Assembly (NCBI GenBank): GCA_029932605.1
Contig: JAOZPT010000001.1
Coordinates: 32,001-96,000 of the forward strand
Direction of reading: 5' to 3'
Source: Candidatus Zixiibacteriota bacterium
GTDB lineage: Bacteria; Zixibacteria; MSB-5A5; UBA10806; 4484-95
DNA length: 64,000 bases
Shown here: positions 27,764 through 37,880 of the stretch, in pieces
How the letters are laid out: the number at the start of each line of letters is the position of its first letter
How positions within the stretch are numbered: the stretch's first letter is position 1
Program-made: the position numbers and the translations under genes
The notes under the pieces: model-generated
What the model was told of the DNA's origin: nothing
Database searches by the model: none
The model's input: the letters and a program-made list of their open reading frames with translations, nothing else

Positions 27764-29966
27764 GTATAATATGGTTTTGGCATTGATATTATTAAGTTTT
27801 TTATTAGGCTCTTCGCTTCTTTTTTCCGCTATTGGCGATTGGCAAAGTTTTACTTATTCTGATGATAGCAAAGATATCATAGCCGATAGTCAATTTGTAT
27901 GGTGTGCTACTACCGGAGGTTTGATAAGGTGTGATATCGAGACTGGGGAGCTTAAGAAGTTTCTGAACTCCGATGGTTTGGGTGATATTGAACTCTGGTC
28001 GGTTGAAATAGATACTGCTGGTGCCTTATTTGCCGGAGGCAGTAATGGGACGATTACTAAGATTGCAACCGATGGAGAGATAACCGTTTATGATTTTGAA
28101 TACGACCCGGAGGTCCATTATGGCATTTTGGATATGGTCACTGATGGAGAAAAGTTATGGGTGGCTACCGAGGTCTGTGTGGCTGAATTTCTTATATATC
28201 ACTATGGAGGAGAGTTCAGAGATAAAGCGGTTCAGCTTGGTGAAATTCCACGGGGCATTCCCGTTAATACTGTTCAGATTGTTGGTGATTATTTATGGGC
28301 TGGTACTGACAGCGGTGTAGCCTTTATCGACAAAGATAACTATCTTCCTCAAGACCCGCAGAACTGGCGTTCCTATCGTCTTGATGAAAATGGTTTGACC
28401 GATGCCAGTATACATTCAATAACTTCTGTTGCGGATACCGTATTCATTGGCACAGGTGATGGTGTGTTTATGTTCGGGCAGGATTCAGTCTGGTATAATA
28501 TTGGTCCCATTTCTGGGGTGATTTATGCTCTGGAAAATTTCGGTGAAGAGCTCTATGCTGCAACCAACAACGGTATTTACCATCGTTACTTATCGGGTTG
28601 GGAGCTTTTACCCAATGATGGATTATTGAGTATCCAAGCTCGAGGGCTGGCTAAGGATAACCGAGGAGATATCTGGGCAGCTTTTCATCAGGGTGGGTTT
28701 TCTATGTATAACCAAACATCCTGGGATGTTTTTACTGTTCCGGGACCGGCGACAAACTTCATAATTGATATAGCCATCGACTCATCGAGAAATGTCTGGT
28801 TAGCTCATACCGTACCTGGTTATCTCTGTCTTGAGGGTGTTTCCAAATTTGATGGTTCAAATTGGTATATATATAATAGTTCAAATTCGGGAATCGGCAA
28901 TAATGGAGCTGTTGCAGTTGAATACGATGTTTTCCATGACCTTGTCTGGTTTGGTAGCTGGGGTGATGGTCTCTTCGGCTTTGACGGTGACACGCTTTGG
29001 GTAAATTACGATGAGACCAATAGTCCTTACAGGGGCTTGGTTGATGATACTTTTTATGTTGCCATCCCCGATATAGCTATTGATGAGCGAGGAAATATCT
29101 GGGGATTAAATCTCAAGGCGGCAAATCCTGAAGTTGTTATGGCCGTGTTTGACCCTGATGATTCTGTTTGGCTGGCTTATTATGAGAATCCTCAAGAGCA
29201 AATCCACAGGAATTATCAATTTGTAATGCATATAAATGATAATAATGTTTATGTTGGCGGTGAGTATGTATACCGTCTGGATTTTGGATATAATTCTACT
29301 GATACTACTGATGACGAGTGGTTTGATGCGTTGGTTAAGATTGTCGATGTCTCGGCTTTGGCTTTTGATCAATCGGGGAGACTTTTTGTTGGTAGCGCCT
29401 CCGGTTTGATTTACTACGATTTCTTATTTGGCGATACTTTTACGGTAGAGCTTCCCGATGGTTACCGTAGTTCGGTTAATACGATAGAAATCGATGGACT
29501 GGGTAACAAATGGATTGGCACCGATTCGGGGATTGTGGTATTAGCGAAAAATAATATAGCCTGGATAGATAGCTTCAAAACCTCAAATTCTTACCTTTTA
29601 GAAAATGAGGTTCAGGAGATAGAAATCGACAAAACGACCGGCATTGTTTATGTTGGCACATCAAGGGGGCTTTCGATCTATGAATCGGGTTATGCTGCGG
29701 CATCGCCTGATTTGGAGGATATGGATGTTTATCCAAATCCCGTAAAACCAGATGATAACAGAGTTAATTTTTTGCGTGTGCCTGCAGATGCCGAAATATT
29801 TATCTACACCACCGCCGGTGAATTAGTCAGGAGGTTTAAATATGAGAACACGAACTACTGGGATTTACTCAACGAGGGGAGACAAAAAGTTGCAGCCGGT
29901 ATATACATTTTTTATGTTCGGTCTGGCCAACGATCGGGAACCGGCAAGATTGCTGTAATAAGATAA
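27747..29966 (+). CDS. PorZ-like beta-propeller protein with a T9SS-type C-terminal domain
   Basis: Signal peptide then IGDWQSF; WCATTGGL; repeated propeller blades (IDGLGNKWIGT, VYVGTSRGLS); CTD VYPNPV...IYTTAGELVR...WDLLNEGRQKVAAGIY...GKIAVIR. Confidence 0.75.
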   Translation: MMGNFKYNMVLALILLSFLLGSSLLFSAIGDWQSFTYSDDSKDIIADSQFVWCATTGGLIRCDIETGELKKFLNSDGLGDIELWSVEIDTAGALFAGGSNGTITKIATDGEITVYDFEYDPEVHYGILDMVTDGEKLWVATEVCVAEFLIYHYGGEFRDKAVQLGEIPRGIPVNTVQIVGDYLWAGTDSGVAFIDKDNYLPQDPQNWRSYRLDENGLTDASIHSITSVADTVFIGTGDGVFMFGQDSVWYNIGPISGVIYALENFGEELYAATNNGIYHRYLSGWELLPNDGLLSIQARGLAKDNRGDIWAAFHQGGFSMYNQTSWDVFTVPGPATNFIIDIAIDSSRNVWLAHTVPGYLCLEGVSKFDGSNWYIYNSSNSGIGNNGAVAVEYDVFHDLVWFGSWGDGLFGFDGDTLWVNYDETNSPYRGLVDDTFYVAIPDIAIDERGNIWGLNLKAANPEVVMAVFDPDDSVWLAYYENPQEQIHRNYQFVMHINDNNVYVGGEYVYRLDFGYNSTDTTDDEWFDALVKIVDVSALAFDQSGRLFVGSASGLIYYDFLFGDTFTVELPDGYRSSVNTIEIDGLGNKWIGTDSGIVVLAKNNIAWIDSFKTSNSYLLENEVQEIEIDKTTGIVYVGTSRGLSIYESGYAAASPDLEDMDVYPNPVKPDDNRVNFLRVPADAEIFIYTTAGELVRRFKYENTNYWDLLNEGRQKVAAGIYIFYVRSGQRSGTGKIAVIR

Positions 29967-29968
29967 TT

Positions 29969-30931
29969 TTGCCAGAGCTTGAGATAATAAAAGCGGATAA
30001 GACCCAATATCGAAACTGGGTTACTTCGGAACAACTTGATTTTTCAGGCTCGATATTTTATCACCCCGATTTTCTGGAGGTCGCCGCTGATATTTTAAAC
30101 CTGCAGTTTAAACCGCTTATTTGCCTGTCATCGGGGAAGTTAACTGGTATCGTAAACCTCCTTATCGGCAACAGATTTAATGTCAAAACCGCTCTGATAC
30201 CAAGGCTTTTCCAATATTATGGACCTGTGGCTATTGCCGGTAATACCGACGTCTTTGAATACGTAACAAAAACAATCGAGAATGAAATTGACACGGCTGT
30301 TTTTTCTATCAGGCCGGAGGAAAGTTTAAAGCCTGATTTGTGCGGTTGGCATTTAAAAAATCGACTGACCTATTATCTTAGACCGGATACATTTGAAAAT
30401 ATGAAAAGCGATTGTTTTCCTGATGTAAAAAATAAAATCAATAAGGCTGTAAAGGTTGGAATCAAGGTTGAGAACATCTCGCAATTTCCATATGAAATTT
30501 ATCAGGCAAGCTTCAAAAGACAAAGAGCCACACCCCCTCTTGGAAAAGAGCTTTTGTCAGTTTGGGTGGAGCGTTTAACGAATTTGAATCTGGCCGCAAC
30601 TTTTATCGCTGTCTTTGAGGGCAAACCAGTGTCCTTCAGGACCCAGCTTGTTTGGGGTGGTTATGCTTATGATTGGTTGGCGGGAGCTTATCCTGATTAT
30701 AATCATCTCGGTGTAAATCAACTTCTAATTTTGAAAATCGGTGAACAGTTTTATCGCAAAAGTGTTAAAAATTGGGACCTGCTTGGTGGAGATATTAAAT
30801 CGATAGCTGGTTTTAAAAGATCTTTTGGCTCAATCCCCAAAACACATGTTCAGCTTGAAAAAAATTTCAGTATGAAAGGCAGAATTTACCGCTTGTTGAT
30901 GAGGTTGAAAGCGGGTTTGAGACGTTTTTAG
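29969..30931 (+). CDS. GNAT/FemAB-like acyl- or aminoacyl-transferase (VimA-like)
   Basis: SIFYHPDFL, QYYGP, KINKAVKVG, AYDWLAG and WDLLGG...IAGFKRSFG, typical of the Acetyltransf_6/FemAB fold. Confidence 0.75.
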   Translation: MPELEIIKADKTQYRNWVTSEQLDFSGSIFYHPDFLEVAADILNLQFKPLICLSSGKLTGIVNLLIGNRFNVKTALIPRLFQYYGPVAIAGNTDVFEYVTKTIENEIDTAVFSIRPEESLKPDLCGWHLKNRLTYYLRPDTFENMKSDCFPDVKNKINKAVKVGIKVENISQFPYEIYQASFKRQRATPPLGKELLSVWVERLTNLNLAATFIAVFEGKPVSFRTQLVWGGYAYDWLAGAYPDYNHLGVNQLLILKIGEQFYRKSVKNWDLLGGDIKSIAGFKRSFGSIPKTHVQLEKNFSMKGRIYRLLMRLKAGLRRF

Positions 30932-30935
30932 TTTT

Positions 30936-32312
30936 ATGTTTAAGCTGACCTGCAGTTTTTATTGCCCACCTCGGGCTGAAAAGATAGCAATATACATGCT
31001 CAATTTGATTGCTTCAGTAACTGGCATTCGTTTTCGGCGAGTTAACGGTCAGGCTGATATCGTTTATGGTGGGGTATCTAATAGTAATTCTTTTTATATA
31101 CCGTATAGGGAAACGGATAAAAGATTCGTCCATGGTGATATCGACAGCTGGTATCTACACGAGGATGGTGAGCTTAGGATTGCGTTGCCGAAGAGTATTA
31201 AAAAGATAAATATCCATAATAATGAAATTGATTTTGATATTTTTTCGGTGATGTTCAATTTTTTACAGACAGCACTTTCTGTTCATAACAAACATTTAGA
31301 ATTTTTTCGGAAGTTCAAAAATGACGACATATTTATTCCGCCTGTTTTTGATGATTACATCAGTTATTTTTTGCAGGTTTTAAAATCATGCCAGAAACTT
31401 CCCAATGATTTTAAGAGAAAATCACCCTGGCCAGAGGAGGCCGATTTTGCTCTGGGTATAAGCCATGATATCGATATTTTTAAAAGAAAGATTCCCGGAA
31501 GCGTGGCCATGTTGATGAAATCCTTGTTCTCAAATGAAGTCCCTGGAGGAGTAAGGGGTTCATTGAAAGGCCTTTTTAAATCTGTATCAACAGCTTTGAC
31601 AGGCGAGACAAATCCCTATAGTGCAATTGAAAAATGGTTTGATATTGAGAGTGAAAATACATTTTTTATTCATGCCGGGGTTAGGAGGTCGGTTGAGGAC
31701 CCGACCTATGCTCCTGAGGATATCCGGAGAGTTCTGGTGGGATTAGGTATGGACGGTATTGAGATCGGGTTACACAACAGCATTGGTTCCTGGACAGATA
31801 AAGAAGATTTAAAAGAGCAAAAAGATAGGCTGATGAATATTTTCAATACAGAGATAGAGGGGATCCGCCCTCACTATCTTGATTGTCGGTATCCGGATTA
31901 TTGGAGAAACGCTGAGTCATTTAAGTATTCGTCATCGGTTGGTTCGGATGCCATTGCTGGTTTTACCTGCGGTATCAATTTTCCATTTTTTGGTTTCGAT
32001 TTTGATACTGCCAATGTTTTGGATATTCTTGAGATACCCATCGGATTGATGGATTGTGCCCTTTTTTCGATATGTGAGAAAACTTCAAAAGAGAAGACCA
32101 TAGACAAGCTTATAGATATCTGTGTTTCAAACCATGGGTTGCTGGTTTTAGACTGGCATACAAGGACTGTGTATGAGCCTGATTTTCCCGGCTGGTTTGA
32201 TACTTATTGTATGATACTTAAAAAAGCTAAATCGGCAGGTGCGTTTATCGCCCCACTGGGCAAGATAAGCAGCTATTGGAAAAACCATTGCACATCGTTT
32301 TTTTTATCTTAA
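30936..32312 (+). CDS. Polysaccharide deacetylase family protein (VimE-like)
   Basis: WPEEADFALGISHDID, EIGLH, GIRPHYL, LEIPIGLMD and LVLDWH (CE4-like metal motifs). Confidence 0.75.
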   Translation: MFKLTCSFYCPPRAEKIAIYMLNLIASVTGIRFRRVNGQADIVYGGVSNSNSFYIPYRETDKRFVHGDIDSWYLHEDGELRIALPKSIKKINIHNNEIDFDIFSVMFNFLQTALSVHNKHLEFFRKFKNDDIFIPPVFDDYISYFLQVLKSCQKLPNDFKRKSPWPEEADFALGISHDIDIFKRKIPGSVAMLMKSLFSNEVPGGVRGSLKGLFKSVSTALTGETNPYSAIEKWFDIESENTFFIHAGVRRSVEDPTYAPEDIRRVLVGLGMDGIEIGLHNSIGSWTDKEDLKEQKDRLMNIFNTEIEGIRPHYLDCRYPDYWRNAESFKYSSSVGSDAIAGFTCGINFPFFGFDFDTANVLDILEIPIGLMDCALFSICEKTSKEKTIDKLIDICVSNHGLLVLDWHTRTVYEPDFPGWFDTYCMILKKAKSAGAFIAPLGKISSYWKNHCTSFFLS

Positions 32313-33391
32313 ATCCATTTGATTATGATTCGCGGGCGCAGTTGATTTGCCATGACATACTATCCTCAGGCTGGCGTCTTGATATAATCGCTACAATCGG
32401 TGGCAAGATTCCATCGTTTGGGAATGCTGATATCCATCGATTGCCCCAGCCGGTCTGGCCGACAAGGAAAAGGCGGTTTATTGAATACAACATTAGGGCG
32501 ACCTCATTGGCAAAGAGATTAAGAGCTGACATTTACCATGCGGTTGACCTTGATACCCTGTGGGCGGCGGTTAATGCGGCAAGGGCTGTGGGGGGAAAAG
32601 TGGTTTATGAATCGCGTGAGTTATATACCGAGCTTATGTCCTTATCTGGAAGGCCTATCGTTAGAGCGTTCTGGAGCATTCTTGAGAAAAAGTTAATCCG
32701 GAAGGTCGATGTTGTGGTGACGGTAAATCAGGCTATCGCCGAGGAGATGACGAAACGTTATAGAATAAATCCACCGGAGATTGTAATGAATGTGGCTCGA
32801 TCAGGGGAATCCATCGAACCAATTGACCTTCGTAAAGAGTTTAACCTTCAAAGTAAATTCGTATTGATTTTCCAGGGAATTTTACGGCCGGGGCAGGGAA
32901 TACTCAGAGCTATCGAGTTGATAGTATATCTTCCTGAGGTTAGCCTTGTGTTTATAGGGGATGGTCCGTTAAGGGATACTATCGAAAAAAGGGCAAATGA
33001 TCTTGGTATCAGTAACCGTGTGCGGATTGCTGGAAAGATTGAACCCGGTCGGTTGGCACATTATACCAGTGGTGCCGATGCCGGTTTGATTTTGATAGAA
33101 CCGGTAGCATTGAACAATCGTCTGGCTCTACCTCAAAAGCTTTTCCAGTATATCTCTGCTGAAACGCCGCCCATAGTCTCCGACCTTCCCATGTTGCGGC
33201 AGATAGTGCAGGAAGATAAATTGGGCTTGGTGTTGAAAGATGGTTTACCTAAAGAAAGTGCCGAGGCCGTACGTGATTTTTTGAACAACGGGCTTGAAAT
33301 GGCTATCGGCCAGTGCCGTATAGCAAAAAGGAAGTATTGCTGGGAAATCGAGGGCAAGAAGTTTATTAACTTGTACAGGAATCTCGTTTGA
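32276..33391 (+). CDS. Glycosyltransferase family 4 (VimF-like)
   Basis: YDSRA, DIYHAVDLDTL, VYESRELY, LPQKLFQY and SDLP; GT-B fold. Confidence 0.82.
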   Translation: MEKPLHIVFFILNPFDYDSRAQLICHDILSSGWRLDIIATIGGKIPSFGNADIHRLPQPVWPTRKRRFIEYNIRATSLAKRLRADIYHAVDLDTLWAAVNAARAVGGKVVYESRELYTELMSLSGRPIVRAFWSILEKKLIRKVDVVVTVNQAIAEEMTKRYRINPPEIVMNVARSGESIEPIDLRKEFNLQSKFVLIFQGILRPGQGILRAIELIVYLPEVSLVFIGDGPLRDTIEKRANDLGISNRVRIAGKIEPGRLAHYTSGADAGLILIEPVALNNRLALPQKLFQYISAETPPIVSDLPMLRQIVQEDKLGLVLKDGLPKESAEAVRDFLNNGLEMAIGQCRIAKRKYCWEIEGKKFINLYRNLV

Positions 33392-34317
33392 TGATTGAAA
33401 CGAGTATAATAATACCCGTTAGAAACCAGAAAAAGTCGTTGCTTATGACATTAAAAACTCTTAAGCGGCAGATTAGAAATCTGAAGATTTTCGAGGTCAT
33501 AATTTGTGATGATGGTTCCACTGATGGTACAGAAGAGGAGGTAAAAAAGCTTCGTTATCCGATATTTTTAAAATATTTCAGGAATGCCCCACCGCTGGGC
33601 AGAGCGGTTAATCGCAATTTGGGATATGAACGTTCAAGCGGACAAAACCTTATATTTCTCGATGGTGATATGGTGCCGACCGAAGGATATATCGAGGCTA
33701 TGCTTACAGCCACATCCACTGATATAGTAAAACTTGGTAATGTTAAACACCCACCTGCAGAACAAACAGGTCGTTTGGAAAAATACCTTTATTCACGAGG
33801 CCGTTTTGGCTCTCGATATAAAAACACCCCTCTTCCAGGAAGGCTATTTACTAGCAATAACTTCTTTATAAGCAAACGAAATTTTACTAGGGTTGGTGGA
33901 TTTGACCCGAATTTCAAAAGCTGGGGTGGTGAGGATATCGATTTTGGCTTGAGGCTTGAAGATTTAGAAATTCCCATAAGAATCGAGCCGGCAGCTTTAA
34001 CTTACCATTACCATAAACGCACTGTTGAATCGTTGATGAAGGATTTTTACAGTTTTGGAAAAAACTCTTTCGAATACCTGATTAAAAAACATCCCGCCTT
34101 TTTAGAACAATTGCCAGCTCATTTCCTTGGATTAAAAAATGCTCACCTGATATATAAATTAATCTCTAAGCTTACCGTTAACAAAACCGCTCTTGGCATT
34201 GTTAGCAAAACCGTATCGTCCTTTGAAAAATTTAACTGGCCAGATTTCATATTTGATTATTTATTCTGGGGAAACCTTGTATTGGGTTATAGAAAAAGTG
34301 AGAAGTCGATTGGATAA
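33388..34317 (+). CDS. Glycosyltransferase family 2
   Basis: SIIIP, DDGSTDGT, FLDGD, GGFD and WGGEDIDFGLR. Confidence 0.88.
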   Translation: MMIETSIIIPVRNQKKSLLMTLKTLKRQIRNLKIFEVIICDDGSTDGTEEEVKKLRYPIFLKYFRNAPPLGRAVNRNLGYERSSGQNLIFLDGDMVPTEGYIEAMLTATSTDIVKLGNVKHPPAEQTGRLEKYLYSRGRFGSRYKNTPLPGRLFTSNNFFISKRNFTRVGGFDPNFKSWGGEDIDFGLRLEDLEIPIRIEPAALTYHYHKRTVESLMKDFYSFGKNSFEYLIKKHPAFLEQLPAHFLGLKNAHLIYKLISKLTVNKTALGIVSKTVSSFEKFNWPDFIFDYLFWGNLVLGYRKSEKSIG

Positions 34318-35845
34318 AAAAGCGATTGTTTTAATCGTTTTGGTAATGGTAATAGCTGTGGTTTACTGTCTTCTGTTGTTTGGTGGATATTCGGGTACAA
34401 GCGATACCTGTGATTACGGAGGGCTGGCATTAAATCTTATTTCAGGAAAGGGATTTACTGTCAACCATGTTTTACCATTGTCGCTGGTTTTTATTCCCAA
34501 TGTTCCTCAGCCGAACTGTACCTGGGCACCCGGGTATCCAGTTTTTCTGGCAGGGGTGTTTACGGTTTTAGGCGTTTCGGATTATTCAATTTTAGGAGCA
34601 AACCTGTTTTTGTTTCTGATGGTGATTATCTCGGGTTATTTTTTAACTAAAAAATATGTTAATTATGAGGCCGCTCTGATTTTCGTGCTTTTTATGGGTT
34701 TGAATCAGTACTCTTATTATACAATCCTTTATGGTTCGCCTGAGATGCTGGCGGCCGCTTTGTTAACTTTTTCACTTCTTTTGTGGGGTGATAATTACAG
34801 ACGGGTGATCATAGCGGGTCTTTTTTACGGACTGGCGGTTCTTACACGTTACCAGATGGTAATTTTGTTGCCGGTATATCTCGTGTTTTTTAAAAAGATA
34901 AACAAAAAATACATCGTTTTTATTGCGGTAGTTGTTATTGTATGTGCTGGCTGGCTGGTGCGTAATATTGTTCTTTTTGGTGACCCCTTGTTTTGCCTGC
35001 AACGTTATGGGGAGTTTACCAAGGGGATGGGTATCGGGGATGATTTTTACTACACGTATCGTTCACTTGAACCTGCCGGGTTTTTTTATGTGATATCTAC
35101 ATATCCGTTGCTGTTTTTGCGCAAACTGGCGGTTGGTGTAACGTATTTTTTAAGAACGCTTCCAGAACACCTTAATTCTTTTGGCCTGTTTCTTGTTTTC
35201 TGGGCGATAATTTATCGGGAAAAGTTAGCTACTTTGAATTCTAATAAATCTCGAATGGGAGTTAATCTCTGGCGACCGGCAGTTAGGTTTTTGATTATAG
35301 GTGTTGCATTAACTGTTATTATATGCCTGTTCGATGGCCAGCATCATCGGCACCTTTACATATTCAACCCTCTTATGATTATGATATCATCCGCTGGTTT
35401 TAACGATTTCGCTTTGAGAACGGGTATTATGAAAAAAAGGTTCTACTATCTCGTTTTGCTTTTATTTTTCTTGATACCCTTACAATTTCCCCAGCAGGAG
35501 GTTTGGTTGAGAGATCTCAAGGTTAGGATTAAAGCCGAGATTCCTGTTTATAGAGAGGTGGCTATAAATTTATCCTGCTATGGCCCGGTTGCTTCTGATG
35601 CCAGCGATGCCTTGTGGTGGTATAGCGGTCTGAATACCGTCTGGATGCCAACTAACTATGAGACGTTTGTGAAAGTCGATTCGCTGATAGACATAAAGGC
35701 TGTTTATTTTCAAAAGGACGATTGGCTGAAAAAACTTGACAAAGAGGAAAGACGAAAGTTTATGATTTCCTTTCCAGAAATAAGGCGTTTCAATGATGGC
35801 TCTGTATTATATATCAAGAGCTTGGTTGACGGAAGATTAGAGTGA
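34310..35845 (+). CDS. GT-C fold membrane glycosyltransferase (ArnT/PMT-like)
   Basis: N-terminal TM then DTCDY loop, APGYP, GLAVLTRY and WLVRN..FGDP; many TM helices; start TTG 34310 (or GTG 34298) inferred. Confidence 0.7.
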   Translation: MDKKAIVLIVLVMVIAVVYCLLLFGGYSGTSDTCDYGGLALNLISGKGFTVNHVLPLSLVFIPNVPQPNCTWAPGYPVFLAGVFTVLGVSDYSILGANLFLFLMVIISGYFLTKKYVNYEAALIFVLFMGLNQYSYYTILYGSPEMLAAALLTFSLLLWGDNYRRVIIAGLFYGLAVLTRYQMVILLPVYLVFFKKINKKYIVFIAVVVIVCAGWLVRNIVLFGDPLFCLQRYGEFTKGMGIGDDFYYTYRSLEPAGFFYVISTYPLLFLRKLAVGVTYFLRTLPEHLNSFGLFLVFWAIIYREKLATLNSNKSRMGVNLWRPAVRFLIIGVALTVIICLFDGQHHRHLYIFNPLMIMISSAGFNDFALRTGIMKKRFYYLVLLLFFLIPLQFPQQEVWLRDLKVRIKAEIPVYREVAINLSCYGPVASDASDALWWYSGLNTVWMPTNYETFVKVDSLIDIKAVYFQKDDWLKKLDKEERRKFMISFPEIRRFNDGSVLYIKSLVDGRLE

Positions 35846-35993
35846 GAGCAATTATAGAAGATAAGTTTCGGAAACGGCCGAGAAAAAACCTGAAAGAATT
35901 GTTTATATTTAGTTATCTGCTTATAGCTTTTGGAGCCTATTTCCTTTCGTTGGTACTTTCACGTATAGAAAGGATAAAAGCGTTATTTGGCTT

Positions 35994-37880
35994 ATGAAGT
36001 TTATTATTGATTTACTTTTTGGCATTCTATTTAGCATGTCGTTAGGGGGGTTAGGGGTTGTTTTCTTCAGGCGGATTTTAAAGACCGAGATCGATTTCTT
36101 CAGGGGATTTTTTACTGGATGTGGGATAGCGGTAGTAGTGTTATTTGTCGGTGGTCTTTTGGGCTTATTCGGCAGGACTTTCTTTTTTATATTTATAATT
36201 TTAATTTTTATTTTTGCCATACCGGGGAGGAGAAAGTTTTTCACTTACAAGTTTATTGTTAACCGGAAATACATTTTGCCTTTGATATTGTTAGCATTGG
36301 TTTTGGTTATCACCGGCTTATCATCTCTTTCTCCGCCTATCAAGAACGATACTTTGTATTACCATCTGGGATTGCCGAAACTATGGTCGATTGATGGTTA
36401 TTTCAATTTTTACCCGACCATAGTTTTTTCCGCAACCGCCTTGAACTCGGAGCTTTTGTTGACACCTATTCTGTCAGTGGTTTCTCCTGAGGCGGCTCAG
36501 TTCTTTGTATTTTTAGTTGGTTTGATGGTCATTTTTCTTCTTGGCGATGGTTTTTCCCGCTTTACCGGTGGTTCCAAGGCGCTGGCTGTTTTATCGCTTT
36601 CCGTGGTTCCCCTTTTCATAAGTGGCATGGCAGATGCTAAAAACGATTATCTTGCCGCTGGTTTTTCCCTTATGTCAGCACTGTTTTATTTTGATTATCT
36701 GAAAAGATATAATCCTGGATTTATTTTGTTGGCTGGCATCTTTGCTGGCCTGGCAGCGGGGACCAAGACCAATGCTTTAATCTTCGTCATGGCTATGTTC
36801 ATCGTGATTGTCCTTTCACGTCATCGATTAAAGGATATTATTCTTTTTCTGGTTGGAACATTGGTCTTCGGTTTCCCCTGGTATCTCAAAGCATACATCG
36901 AAACCGGAAACCCGTTTTTCCCTTTCTATGACAACATATTTCATTCTCCATATTGGCGCGAGATTTTCGACGGTTTCAATAGAGTCACATTGCCCGAGGT
37001 TGAACATAAAAGCATCTTGAACTTTATAACTTCTCCGTTCAGGTTGGTTTATTTTCCAGATGTTTTCAGGGGGAGATTGGGGCCCCTGTTATTTATGCTT
37101 TTACCTTTATTATTATTTATCAGGAAAATACCGGGAGTGGTTTTCAAAGCCCTGTTTATTTCAGCTGCATTTTATATCCTGTGGTATCTGGTTTCCGCCA
37201 ATGCCCGATACATGATGCCTATTGTACCTCTATTAGCCCTGTTAGCTGCATATGTCATGGACAGGTTTATAAGCATAAGCAGATCGTCTGGCTTAGTTAT
37301 CATTTGTACTTTAACCCTGTTATTGGCAGTAAACGGCGTTCAGGTATTCCGTGATGGATTTAGTCGAGCAAAGGCTGCTGTTGGGATTATTGAATACGAT
37401 GAGTTTTTGCACAAGATAGAAGTGTTAGATCCGAATGACGTTTCATCTTCAACAAGATGTCTCGCCATACCTTATTATGATATATGGCAATTTATCAACG
37501 TCACCGCTGGGGATGATGCTGTTGTAGGAATATTGTGCTCAAACTGGAACCGGGCTGATGGTTTTTACCTCGATCGTCACTTTCTTCTTTTAAACCCCAC
37601 TGAACAGGTTGAGGTTGATTTTTCTGGACGTAGATATAACCTAATATCGTCGTTAGTAAAGCATAAAGTGAATTATGTTTTGATAGACAATCTTGTAGTT
37701 GAGGAGTTTTCTGCCGGGTCAACTTTTACTGAGGCACCGGGCTTTAAAATTTTTAAGCAGGGGGTTACAGATTTCGTTGACATTGTAAAAGAAAACGGTC
37801 AATTGGTTTATTTAACTGACCGCTTCGAGTTATACAAATTATCAATGGAAAACGTTATTTTAAAAGCAACATCTTCTTGA
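35994..37880 (+). CDS. GT-C fold membrane glycosyltransferase-like protein
   Basis: PPIKNDTLYYHL, AKND, GLAAGTK, PWYLK..TGNPFFP and ARYMMP; multi-TM. Confidence 0.68.
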   Translation: MKFIIDLLFGILFSMSLGGLGVVFFRRILKTEIDFFRGFFTGCGIAVVVLFVGGLLGLFGRTFFFIFIILIFIFAIPGRRKFFTYKFIVNRKYILPLILLALVLVITGLSSLSPPIKNDTLYYHLGLPKLWSIDGYFNFYPTIVFSATALNSELLLTPILSVVSPEAAQFFVFLVGLMVIFLLGDGFSRFTGGSKALAVLSLSVVPLFISGMADAKNDYLAAGFSLMSALFYFDYLKRYNPGFILLAGIFAGLAAGTKTNALIFVMAMFIVIVLSRHRLKDIILFLVGTLVFGFPWYLKAYIETGNPFFPFYDNIFHSPYWREIFDGFNRVTLPEVEHKSILNFITSPFRLVYFPDVFRGRLGPLLFMLLPLLLFIRKIPGVVFKALFISAAFYILWYLVSANARYMMPIVPLLALLAAYVMDRFISISRSSGLVIICTLTLLLAVNGVQVFRDGFSRAKAAVGIIEYDEFLHKIEVLDPNDVSSSTRCLAIPYYDIWQFINVTAGDDAVVGILCSNWNRADGFYLDRHFLLLNPTEQVEVDFSGRRYNLISSLVKHKVNYVLIDNLVVEEFSAGSTFTEAPGFKIFKQGVTDFVDIVKENGQLVYLTDRFELYKLSMENVILKATSS

